DNA of 64,000 nucleotides, from NCBI GenBank assembly GCA_964016885.1, contig OZ024742.1:114390001-114454000 (forward strand), read 5' to 3'. Below the pieces are notes generated by a model. That model saw only the letters and a program-made list of their open reading frames with translations, made no database searches and was not told the origin of the DNA. This DNA is from Eledone cirrhosa. Its lineage: Eukaryota. A program made the translations under genes and the position numbers. This document shows, piece after piece, positions 1 to 11,200 of the stretch (the first letter of the stretch is position 1; every line of letters begins with the position of its first letter).

Positions 1-345
1 ACATATTATTAAATCCTTCAATATACAAACCTTAATTTAATACTATTCTTAATTCCTTTTTCTTCATGCATAAACCTCATTAACTTTTAATTTCAAAATC
101 TTTTAAATTATCTATTATCTTACAAAGGCTATTTAATTCCTCTTTGTGAGAGAATTTTTTTTTCTCATCATTCCTTCTTATACTCATCCCCCTCCATCCT
201 TTACTCTTATTTCTTCCTCTTCCTTACCTTTTCCAGCCCCTTTACGTTTTCCAAATCTCATACATCCGTCTTAATTTATTTTTCATATGTTGATTTAAAA
301 CTTCACTATTCACAAGTGTTTTTAAGCTTCATATCATGTCTCCCG

Positions 346-414
346 ATTTTATCTGATGAGAAAGCTGATATCATCCCATGATGGTATTTGTTTTTTAAAT
401 GCGCATAATAAAAT
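346..414 (+). ncRNA. Type I hammerhead ribozyme relic (Penelope pLTR type), G12 mutated
   Basis: Stem I ATTTTAT(346-352)/ATAAAAT(408-414); core CTGATGA 353-359; stem II GAAAGC..GTTTTT; TAAA in place of GAAA (396-399); minimal stem III A-TGCGCA-T with palindromic loop; element ends in (TA)n. Confidence 0.65.
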
Positions 415-461
415 ACTTGGAACTCTTTTAACCATCTTTTGATGTTATATTATATATAAAA

Positions 462-528
<67 letters not shown>

Positions 529-730
529 AATAAAGATTCAGCGAGAATGGCATTTTCGGCGGGCAGGAAAAGCGAAGCGAAACGCAAAAATCAGAAATGA
601 TACTGGCAAAGTGCTCAATAGTTAAAGAACAGAGCTAAACAATATGTTAATAAGCCATACAAAACTGAAAAGGTGGTCAAGAAAGCTTTAACCACCCAAG
701 GCAAAAACCAAATCAAGCTATATATATATA

Positions 731-922
731 TAGGAACGAGTAGGACCCCAACGGCTGAGCTCAAGCCGTTTCGGCGGCTAATTCTGAGTCCAGAATTAGC
801 CGTCGAAACGGTTTGAGCTCAGCCGTCGGGGTCCTACTCGTTACTATTACCCACTCTACTACCCTAAGTGTTGAGTACTTTGCTGCGTTATGGTCCACCT
901 ATTTCCTTACCACGTTTCCTCC

Positions 923-923
<1 letters not shown>
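731..923 (+). mobile_element. Short Penelope-like pLTR insertion: inverted head plus direct tail (fold-back), in (TA)n
   Basis: 731-846 is a near-perfect inverted repeat of the HHR 3' half (GAAACGG..GAGCTC..GCCGTCGGGGT), followed by a ~77 bp unpaired tail. Same family as 2190-2398. Confidence 0.8.
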
Positions 924-962
<39 letters not shown>

Positions 963-967
<5 letters not shown>

Positions 968-2393
968 AACCAGTAAGACCCTGGTTACTGCATGTAAACA
1001 TAGGTTGCGTAGGACTTACCTCGCCCTTAAACCCCATAATGACCCGGGGGGGTAGACTAGGGCTATAACACCCCACTTGCCGATTTTGCAATGGGTAACC
1101 CCTGCCTGCCAAGGGAGACGTAAGATCTTCTTTGTATTCTTTTATCGCTTCCTTTATTTCCTTCCTTCCCCCCTCCCTCCTTAGTCCTTCTACCCCAGCT
1201 CTTCTCCTTTGTCGGCGTCTTTTCTCGCCCACCCGAGGCTGCCCTTTGGCTCCTTGTAGACTTAGTACCCCCACACCCTCCCCTAGTCTAGGATAGATTT
1301 GGCGGACTCCGCCCTTTATAGCAGTTGGTTTAGACCCCGGATACTTGTCCCCTTTTTCCGACCGCTCCCACTATTCTCTGTGCCCTCTATATTTCTCAGT
1401 GGCACTTGTGCCTTATTTTTTCGTTTCAGTATTTCTTTCTTCGCTTTTCTTTTGGGCGGGGTGGATTCTGAATTTATTCTTCCGTATTCTACCTTTACTT
1501 CGTACGAACTTTCATGTAGTTTGTTCTAGATCTTTTAGAGTTAGCATTAGTATATATTTTTCTCGGGACTCAGAATTATTATCTCGTATTAGTTCACTTT
1601 GCTGCACTGGGTGGTTGCTGGAATTGCGCCCGGGATGGAAACCTTTATTGTTTATTTCGTGGTAGTCTCTTTAGTATTTTGGCCCCTTTTGTTGACCCGT
1701 CACCGTATCATTTACGTACTTATACCTCTTAAAAGGGTCCTCGCCTAATCCGTCCCACCTAGTTATTTTACTTATTTCGTTATTTCTTTATTTCTTTCTT
1801 TACTTCTTTCTTTCTTTATTTATTTATTTATTCTAGACTAACAATAGCCAGAGACATAGGTCGTAGAATTTAATTTACTTTACTTTTTTCTTTACACTCA
1901 TTTGTTTTTCTTTACACTTATTTGCTTTTCTTCACTCTCAGCATTTTTTCTTTCCTATATATTTCTACCCCTATTGTTCTACCTACCGTTCCGACCTCCT
2001 CCCCCTCCCCCTCCCCTGTATCTTCTTTGACCTCATGCCCAGCTGTAGCTGGCACTACAAACGCTTGATTGGGGCTACTCCACCCCCTCCCCTCTTTCTC
2101 CTACTGGCAGGTTTAGCCACCATCTCCCCTACTAATTTGCAACCACAGAATTACTACTGATTTTTGACAATCACTTTGACCATATATGGAATTACCCCTT
2201 GAGAAGATCGGCTATTTAAATACCAGGATAAATTTTCATTTAGTCCAGAATTAGCCGTCGAAACGGCTTGAGCTCAGCTGTCAAAAAAGAAAAAGAAGGG
2301 GGTCTTACTGGTTCCTATTACCCACTCTACTACCTCAAGTATTGAGTACTTTGGTGCGTTATGGTCCACCTGGTTCCTTACCACATTTCCTTC

Positions 2394-2398
<5 letters not shown>
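963..2398 (+). mobile_element. Non-coding ~1.4 kb HHR-bearing Penelope-like/retrozyme-like repeat (copy 1)
   Basis: Flanked by (TA)n. 5' end GGAACCAGTAAGACCC is the reverse complement of the segment just downstream of the HHR (~2300-2315). Near-identical inverted copy at 39657-40680. No credible ORF. Confidence 0.8.
2194..2303 (+). ncRNA. Type I hammerhead ribozyme, U3-A8 core variant, with A-rich insertion at the cleavage site
   Basis: ACCCC(2194-2198)-TTGAGAA(2199-2205)-stem II GATCGGCTA/TAGCCGTC-GAAA(2260-2263)-stem III CGGC-TTGAGCTCA-GCTG-TC|, then a 16-nt insert, then GGGGT. Confidence 0.75.
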
Positions 2399-2425
<27 letters not shown>

Positions 2426-3144
2426 CGACCGTAACTTAATGTACATGTGTTAGATGAACAACCAATAACAAATTCAACAACAATAATTCTAGTTGAAGAC
2501 ACTCACTTGAGACGGCAAGGGCAGCAGTCATCGTACCGACAGGCTGATCTGTGATTTAGTGGGAAAATTAGAAGATGGATACATCTGTTGACAATTGTCT
2601 AGAAATTTGTCAATGTGTCACCGGCCCAACATTTTAACAGGCAGGTCTAGCCCACTGTAGTGGTGTTGATTGCTGAACCCATGTTTGCAATAGGCCTGAT
2701 GTGTTTCTCATAACATATGTTAAGACCGACAGTATGGGTGGCCAGCTACATGACGGCTCACACATTTATATGCACAGACGCCCACCATTGATCAAGTCGA
2801 TGGCTGTACTCTATCTCCTCATAGCATCTCTTCCACCTCAACAATTCCCGCATGTTTTATGAGTCATACAGACACATACAAATACATGCACAACCTTGCG
2901 TATCCAAGTCTGTATGAAAATGTATACGTGTATATGTATATATATGGACTCTCGTAAATTCATTCTGGAGAGTTACTTTAACATCCCATGGAGAACATTT
3001 ACACTTAGATGGACCGCTTACACCTTCAGAAACTTAGACATATAATACAGCTCATATTAACTGCTAGTTGCCCGAGATTCAATTTGTAAACAGTCTGGAA
3101 TTAACTGCTGGGACGGCAAGTGGTCAGCCACCTGGCTCCGATTC

Positions 3145-3226
<82 letters not shown>

Positions 3227-3309
3227 ATTGTAACGTGCTGTTACTGCAGGTCCAACCAAGTCAGCACCCGATGCATAGTTTCCCGTCTGTAACGAGGTGT
3301 ATAACTAAA

Positions 3310-4451
3310 CAGAGTGTAAATATAATAGTAAAAGGACGAATTATTATGCCTTCATTACTTGTATTGAGTAGTTGCTCGCGTTTCGCTATTGATCAGCTCG
3401 CTGTTCGATCTGCATCGATCTGGCCCGGCTCCGGAATCAAAGGCACGTGGGATTTCTGCTGAGGCAATGATAGAATGAGCTTATAAAGCATAGAGATGTT
3501 TGTATCGGTTCGCAATGACATGGTGGTCATTTATTGTTGTTTTGATTGATGGTTTTGCTATGAGGAATGTTTTAGCATGTTTGATAGGAGGGGGGGGGGC
3601 ATAATGATGAGTTGGTGGTGGGAAGCGATGGCTGCTGTGGGTTGCGGTGGTGTAGTTTTGGCTTATCATAGACATTTTGGCGTGTATGTGGTTGGGGAAG
3701 GTGGTGATGTGGGTGTGGGTGTCGTAGGGCTATGCGTGTTGGCAGATGAAAGGGCGCAGTGCTGTACTAGGAGACGAGGTTGACCAATACAGTTAATTGT
3801 TATTTTATTTATCTATTTTAGTATTTTCAAACTCTGACCACTAGCTTTAACTATTTATAGCAGAGTTATTCCCCTTGGTGACAATACCCCTTATGGATAT
3901 ATATAGATAGATAGGTTACAACAATGCCCCACATCTAACATAACCTACTTCACTTATGTTTCTCCTCTTTCATTTTCTCTTACTCCGGCAAACCAGTGAT
4001 AGCAAACGCCGCCCATTCTCCCCTTAGTACAGCACCGCACCCTTTCATCTGCCAACACACATAGCCCTACCAGACACATTCTCACATCGACCACCTTCGT
4101 CTCATCGAATACATGCCACAATATCTATGATAACTCACACCAACCAGCACTTCCCACCTCCACACCGTCATTATGTTCAGCCCACTCTCACCTGTTACAC
4201 ATGATAAAACATTCCTCATAGCAAAACCACCAATCAAAACGACAAGAACTGACACCACGTGACTGTGAACCGCTACATACATCTCTATGCTTAATATGTT
4301 CATTCTCTCAATTACCACAGCAGAGGTCCGATGAGCCTTTGATCCCAGAGCCGGGCCAGATCGACACAGAACGAACCATGAGCTAACCAATAGCGAAACG
4401 CGAGTCACTATGCAATAAACGTAATGAAGGCATAACAAATCGTCCTTTTAC

Positions 4452-4457
<6 letters not shown>
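3310..4457. repeat. Diverged ~450 bp inverted repeat pair (probable Penelope-like pLTRs)
   Basis: ~3310-3780 matches the reverse complement of ~4020-4457 (e.g. GATCTGGCCCGGCTC, CTCGCGTTTCGCTATTG, AGTAAAAGGACGA). Contains a degenerate HHR-like GAG-CTA..TAGC-GAAACGCG. Bounded by (TA)n. Confidence 0.65.
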
Positions 4458-4507
<50 letters not shown>

Positions 4508-4893
4508 ATGTGTGAGTGTATCCAGGGTTCAATCGGGGGTAATCGTAGTAAGTAAGATACTCAATACAAAGCAGAGTAGGAATGTTATCTATTTATGGAA
4601 CCCTCAGGCAAATCGCACGTATCGTCATTATATATTCTCCCTATCGAGTGGATGTCTTATCTTATGCATTGTCGTATAGTCATATACCTTTCCAAGGCTT
4701 AGGTCAAATTCCGATCGGATGGTGATTGGAATTCGTTGTTGTTTGTTTCACACAATTTCCAACGAAACACAGTAACATTACATCCAATTTAAGTGTGCCT
4801 ACGCGCACACACACACGCACGCATACATACACACACACGTACACGCACACACACACACACACACATACAGATACATATATATATATATATATA

Positions 4894-5107
4894 TAGGAAC
4901 GAGTAGGACCCCGACGGCTGAGCTCAAGCCGTTTCGACGGCTAATTCTAGATTAAAATAGACTATTTTAGTGCAGAATTAGGCGTCGAAACAACTTGAGC
5001 TCAGCCGTCGGGGTCCTACTCGTTCCTATTACCCACTTTTCTACCCTAAGTAATGAGTACTTTGGTGCGTTATGGTCCACCTCGTTCCTTACCACATTTC
5101 CTTTGTT
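4894..5107 (+). mobile_element. Short Penelope-like pLTR fold-back insertion (same family as 731-923)
   Basis: Inverted repeat 4894-5028 of the HHR 3' half plus a ~80 bp tail; flanked by (TA)n. Confidence 0.8.
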
Positions 5108-5348
5108 ATATATATATATGCATACATATATATATATATATATATATGCATCTATAAATATACACACATATACGCAGCCAAATATACAAACACTCACCCA
5201 CACGTAGACACAAAATTTTAAACGCCTAAGGCTTTGGGAAATGAGCTTCGTGATGCTGTAAATGAAAGCTCCATTATTAAGTTCGAAAATAATAATATAA
5301 TTCGAAATACATATATTAATAATAATAATAATAATAATAATAATGATG

Positions 5349-5382
<34 letters not shown>

Positions 5383-5593
5383 CAACAACAATGATATCAG
5401 AAGCAACTGAAATAATAACAAAGTTATATTTTTAAAGAAAATAAATTATTCAGGAAATTAAAAAAATATATATCCTGAAATTAAATAAAACAAAACAATT
5501 ATTTTGCAAATAAATAAATAAATAAATAAATAACAAAAATAATAATAAACAAACAAAAATGATTATACCATTTTTTCCTTACTTTCGTTTCAG

Positions 5594-7462
5594 AACATTT
5601 CTGATAACGAACTACATATAATTATAGAAGTAAAGATGTCTTTAAGGGGATGTAGAAATTTGGCAAATATTCATAAAATGAAAGATCTCCTGACTTCAAA
5701 GTGGGAAAGTTTCAACAATACTTTATTTTGAAAGAGGAAGAATGAATGTCAGAAATTCCAGTTAAAAATCGATAATGAATAGATGGAATATTCCATTTAA
5801 TTCCTGTTCATTGATTTCCTGATATTTTTGGACACAGCATAATGGTGATATCTCCTTTCAATGTTAATGAGGATTTCCAAGATTAAGTTTATAAAATTAA
5901 ATTATACTGTATTTTCACAGTTATCTCATGTTAGATATGAGTTTTATCGAATACGAAACTGTTGCAAAGAATGTTGTTAGGCACATTACGGTATTGGAAA
6001 CTACCTGTGTTTTATATGGCAATTTGAAATAATGTCCGGTGTTTGATACAAACAAAAACACTCTTATATTGATACTTGCAGTTTGCTGGATGGAGAGTTT
6101 ATTCATATATTGATGACAGGAGAAATCCCAGTCGTCGGCAATTCTTACAATGTCATCGGTGTTGCTAGCAGGATTGTACACTATTCAGCAATATAATTGT
6201 TGAGAACCATGCTGCTAACGTTCAAGCATTTTGAGGTTTGCTTTGGTGAATATTTGCTCTCTGCTCCCATAGATGATTTCAAAAAATAATTTTCTCTACT
6301 TTCTAAAAACCTTTCTACTCTTACTTTCAAGTACCATGCCAGCCAGGTAGTATATAATGGAATTAGCCACTTATTAAATACATCCCACATATGATATACA
6401 AAATAACCGCCTGACTTCTTCCGTTATTCATAATCTATGTACTATATTTCTGTAACGCAGACAATGGTGTCTTCCTTCAGTGTTTTAGAGTTAAACAATG
6501 GTTCACAACTTTTTTTGCCCATGTCAGGCATTTACTTTTAATTGATTTTGGTGGAGCCCCATAAACATTCGATATAAAGAAAACAAAAGACTCATTCCAT
6601 TTCTTATTTTATGTAGAGAAAGATTAAGGAATTGTATTATAGAAATAGTAAATGTATTTGCTTTTTTTTAAAGTAAACTTAATTTAATGATTATAAACAT
6701 GTATATAACTGTTAGAGCATGAAATAGTATTGGAAAAAAATGATACTATAGCAATGTTGCCTGAGATTACTAGCCTTGATGAATTATTCAGGTCAGCCTC
6801 TAGCTTGTCAGAATATCTGAGTTCAGTTTTGCCCCTCATTCGAGAAATGGACGTTGCGATAGATTGGGTTGTTATACATGCTTTCAGGGATGCATAGCCA
6901 ACACAACGATGCCAAACAGCAGACTAACTTTATGCGCACCGCACAATATTGTTTGTGTGTGAGAGAACATCATGCACTCATCTCGATAGGAATTACTACC
7001 TCATCGGTTTCGTTTTACACCGTCTGTTCCCATGCTTTTCAATCACATCGGATCCTTAACTCTACTGCTTCGAAGTCTCACTACTCATATTTGTAGCACA
7101 TTTCTCATGTTACGCTTGCGTCCTTCTTTCTTAAGTTTATGGAATATCCACTTTTACAGAATGTGTGTTTCTTACTGTACCTGCCTCATACTTCCTTTAT
7201 CCTATTTCACTGGTTTTCAAGTTTTCCATTGGGCTGAGGACGTTAGCTTAATTCCGAATGGAAGAATTATCACGTGATTAACGGTCAACAGAGGGGCAGT
7301 GGTGGATGGAAAATGACAGTAATGAGCTGCTAGAAAAAACAATCCGATTCAGTCAAATATTATACTATTCCGTAGGGGAGAAACTACTTATCAATTACTT
7401 CATTGAGTAAAACTGGTATCGGCTGGACTCCCTCAGATGTATGTCTAGGCTTGTGTATAAAT

Positions 7463-7540
<78 letters not shown>

Positions 7541-8080
7541 GTATATACATATGTTTATACATACAAACACATATGTATAATTATATTTAGAAAGAGAGAC
7601 AGAGAGATAATTACGTGCGTAAATTATATTGTCTGCTTACTTGACCTTTCCACATAACATATCATCCCTTATAAATAACAAAAAGTAACGAGGCAAAAAT
7701 AGTAAAATACAGAACAGCCTACAATTACTTACACACTGAAGGACGTTTGACGAAATATCTTTATATACATAACACTATAAACACACCGTAAATTTGAAAT
7801 AGTTGCTTCTCTCAAAAGATAAATGAATTGTATTTGATCTTGGGACTTCTCGATACATATTTTGTCTGTGATAAAATGATTATAGGTAACTTTCTCAAGC
7901 TACGCCAAGAGACAGAACATTCTACCTCTACAATTACTGATGAAGCTGTCATATATTCCTGCCCTCCCCCTCCAATTTAATCTATTAGAAGAAACACACT
8001 TTTATCTTTGTTGCCTTCCTGTAGTGCTACCACTACCATCCCACCATTCCTGAAGCAATTAAGCTACTTTCAGCGCTGAA
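5594..8080 (+). pseudogene. MCM-family helicase-like pseudogene, copy 1
   Basis: Collinear manual translations with stops and frameshifts: ZnF-like RIRNCCKECC (~5947-5980); KHSYIDT..GNSYNVIGV (OB fold, ~6057-6163); FSLLSKNLS; EIVLEKNDTIAMLPEITSLDELF..EMDVAI..IHAFRDA (Walker B/pre-sensor-1-like, 6709-6894); CDKMIIGNFLKLRQE..IRRNTLLSLL..EAIKLLSAL (lid, 7864-8080). Confidence 0.55.
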
Positions 8081-8294
8081 CATACATTACAGCAATGCTT
8101 TCAATGGAGGCGGATACAGTTGTAATATAACTCAACCATCGAACCACTGGCTTTTGGAAGCGGAGCACAGCAAAGTGAGTTGGAATTGAATTTAAAGAGT
8201 AGCTCCACCTCTTTATTTCTTCAACACCGGAAGTACAGTTTTCCAGAATACAAAGACTAATTTTTATGTATTTATTTGTTTATTTATTCATTCA

Positions 8295-11200
8295 TCTCTC
8301 TATATATAAACTGAAGATGTCTGTCTGTGTGTTAGTATGATGTTTATGCATTTCCACATTTCTCTACCCATTTTGATAATTTTTTCCAATGTGCTCCAAC
8401 TTTCCCGACGGTGGTCAACGCGACATAAACTTTGCCAAATATTTCCTGCATCTATAAGAAAGATTGATAAAACTAAATACATGCTCTAACTCTCTCTTGC
8501 CGCCTCAACTGCTGCGTCACGTGCTGGTGAGGACGTAGGGCAGCGTTCCAGGCACCGACGAACCAAGACTTTATATTTTGTTGTTTTCCTTTTTGTAATT
8601 TTTTTCTTTCTTTTTAGCAATATGAGAAAAAAAAAAGTAACATCAATATTCTGATAAAAAATATAGCGAGAAATCTTTTTTCAGGAACGTCCGATTTTGA
8701 TGATTTTTTTTTTCAGTGTGCTCCAAATTATCATCCCTGTTTACGCTCTTTTGTGCTATAACTCAGACGTGCTTGCCTTACAGGTTTGACCTACTATTTG
8801 AAGTGCATACTTGCTACTACTTACTTAGTACTCACTTTCCACTTATTCACTGTTCAATTGAACTTTTTCGCTACCCCTCTTTTTTTCTCGATTACCTGCA
8901 TACGTATTTACGCGTTCGGTTTAATTAGTACTTCCTGTTTCCCTTTTAAAGCTTAATTTTAAAATATACTTTGACACTACGGTCATGCCCAAGAGAAAAG
9001 ACCACGGCTTAGTCGCAAAACTAAAGCTCGTTCTGCTGCCAAACGAAGAAGAGCTTCAGAGTCGTCCCTCGAGAATTTGACTCGGTTGTCACAAAATGCA
9101 ACTAGAAATGCAATTACCCGGTCAACTGAGACAGAAGAACAGAGGAGCATTCGCCTTTCCGTGAATGCATTTCTAACTGCAATTGCGCGTACCGCGCAAA
9201 CTGATGAACAATATTCTCGACGATGAAGCAGAAATGCTACTTCCACTGCTGCGGCGCCTGCTGCTGAGGACGAAGAACAGCGTTCCAGACGACGAGGAAG
9301 AGATGCCGCCTCAACTGCTGCGTCACGTGCTGGTGAGGATGTAGGGCAGCGTTCCAGACGCCGATGTACGGACGCCGCTTCAACCGCTTCAGTGCGCGCG
9401 TCAGAGACTGCGCAAATTCGATTACACAGATTAAACACCAATGAACTCCGCAAGAAGGCTCAACGAGGTACTCCGAGGTTCACTTGTACTCAGTGGTCTC
9501 ATAAGGCTTTCCACTATGTCTCTACAGTTAACTATGCACTGCTGCCAGAAGTTCAGATTGGATCCATGTCCGTCATTTGCCAATCTTGCCGGGCAAAAAG
9601 ATGGCCAGGTGAGACTTCAGGGATGTGCTACTCTGACGGCAAAGTGAAACTGTTTCCTCTACAGGAACCACCACTGACCGGTGCCACAGCGGAGTCGGAA
9701 CACTTCCTTCAATGTTCCAGGAGATACAACGTTGCCTTCCAACTGTTTCCTACATAAGGAAAAATCAAGCACGCATTCGTTCGGACAGCTACATTCACTT
9801 ACAGGAAGGAGTAAGGAATGACGTCGATCCCGAGAACCCTGGAAAACACTGTATCCTTCCGTCGACATTTATTGGGAGTCCCCGATACATGAATTAACAC
9901 ACACAGGATGCTATGACTTACGTGCATCTCTACGGCAGACATGATCTCTTCATCACTTTAACTTGCAACCCAAATGGACTGAAAATACCGCGGAATTATT
10001 TCCCGGACAAGGGGCGTCAGACAGAAACGACGTTACAGCACGAGTCTTCCACTTAAAATTGACAAAACTTATTGAACTCATACAATCAGGTAAGGCCTTT
10101 GGACGTGTTAGGTGCTACGTATACACCGTTGTGTGGGAAAAGAGAGGCCTGCCACACGCCCACCTACTCATTTGGCTAATAACGAAAATCAACGTAACCA
10201 GCACTGACAGCATTATTTCAGCAGAAATACCCGACCTGAAATTGGACAGAGAACTCCACAACATCGTCCCTGCTCACATGGTTCACGGGCCACGCGGAAA
10301 CGGTTTCAATATGACTTCTGCATTAAAGAAAGAAGGTGCACCAATAGTTATTCAAGGCCATTCCTCTGAGAAACTCAGACAGATGGCGACGGTTACCCAT
10401 TATACCGCCGAAGGGAGCTAGCGGACGGAGGAATTGTTGCGAAAACCCCACGTCGACATGGGTGGATTGAACCCTACTGCCTACTTCTGCTTAAAATGTT
10501 TAACGCCCACATTAACCTTGAATACTGCCACTCCGTCAAATCAATAAAGTACGTCTGCAAGTACATTGATAAGGGGTCCGATGCTGCGTCATTCGGTATT
10601 ACAATGGAGAACAGCTAAGACGAAATCACTCGATACCAGGTCGGCCGATACATCAGCAGTAATGAAGCGTTCTGGCGATTCTTCCACTTTGCAATACACC
10701 ATAACTACCCCACCCCCAATCAAACAGTTGGCGGTGCACCTTGAAGACGGTGAAATAGTCTACTTCACCGCCTCCACCGCCTCCACCGCTGCTGAGATAG
10801 CAGAGCAAACCAAGATACCACACTTACGGTATTTATTAAGTTATGCCGAAACGATCCCTTCGCCAAAACCCTCTTCTACTCTCAGGTGCCATCATACTAC
10901 ATTTGGAACACAGACAACAGAATTTGGTTAAGAAGGGTGAAAGGACAACACGTCGAGGGACATCCAGACATTAAAATCACCCCTACCCTTGGGAAAGTCT
11001 ACACAATTCATCCTAACCAACAGGAATGCTTTTATATCCGCCTTCTAATGCATGAGGTGGTAGGACCGACATCTTTTGACGATCTGAAAACAATCAACGG
11101 AGTGGTCTGTACATTCCGCGCACCCTACCTTAGACGGGGTCAACAGGAAGATGGCGCTCAGTGGGATGCAACATTGGCCTAGGCAGCTACAATACGCTCA

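Noticed and set aside
1299-1529. 76-aa hydrophobic ORF nearly identical to 40407-40637
   Set aside because: Identity reflects a recent repeat copy; TTG start, T-rich composition and no recognisable domain.
5921-6390. Minus-strand ORFs (MWDVFNKWLIPLYTT.., vaguely GT61-like)
   Set aside because: Antisense to the better-supported MCM-like frame on the + strand; only a short chance resemblance.
8983-9453. 156-aa minus-strand repetitive ORF
   Set aside because: Antisense shadow of the Helitron STPR-like repeats.
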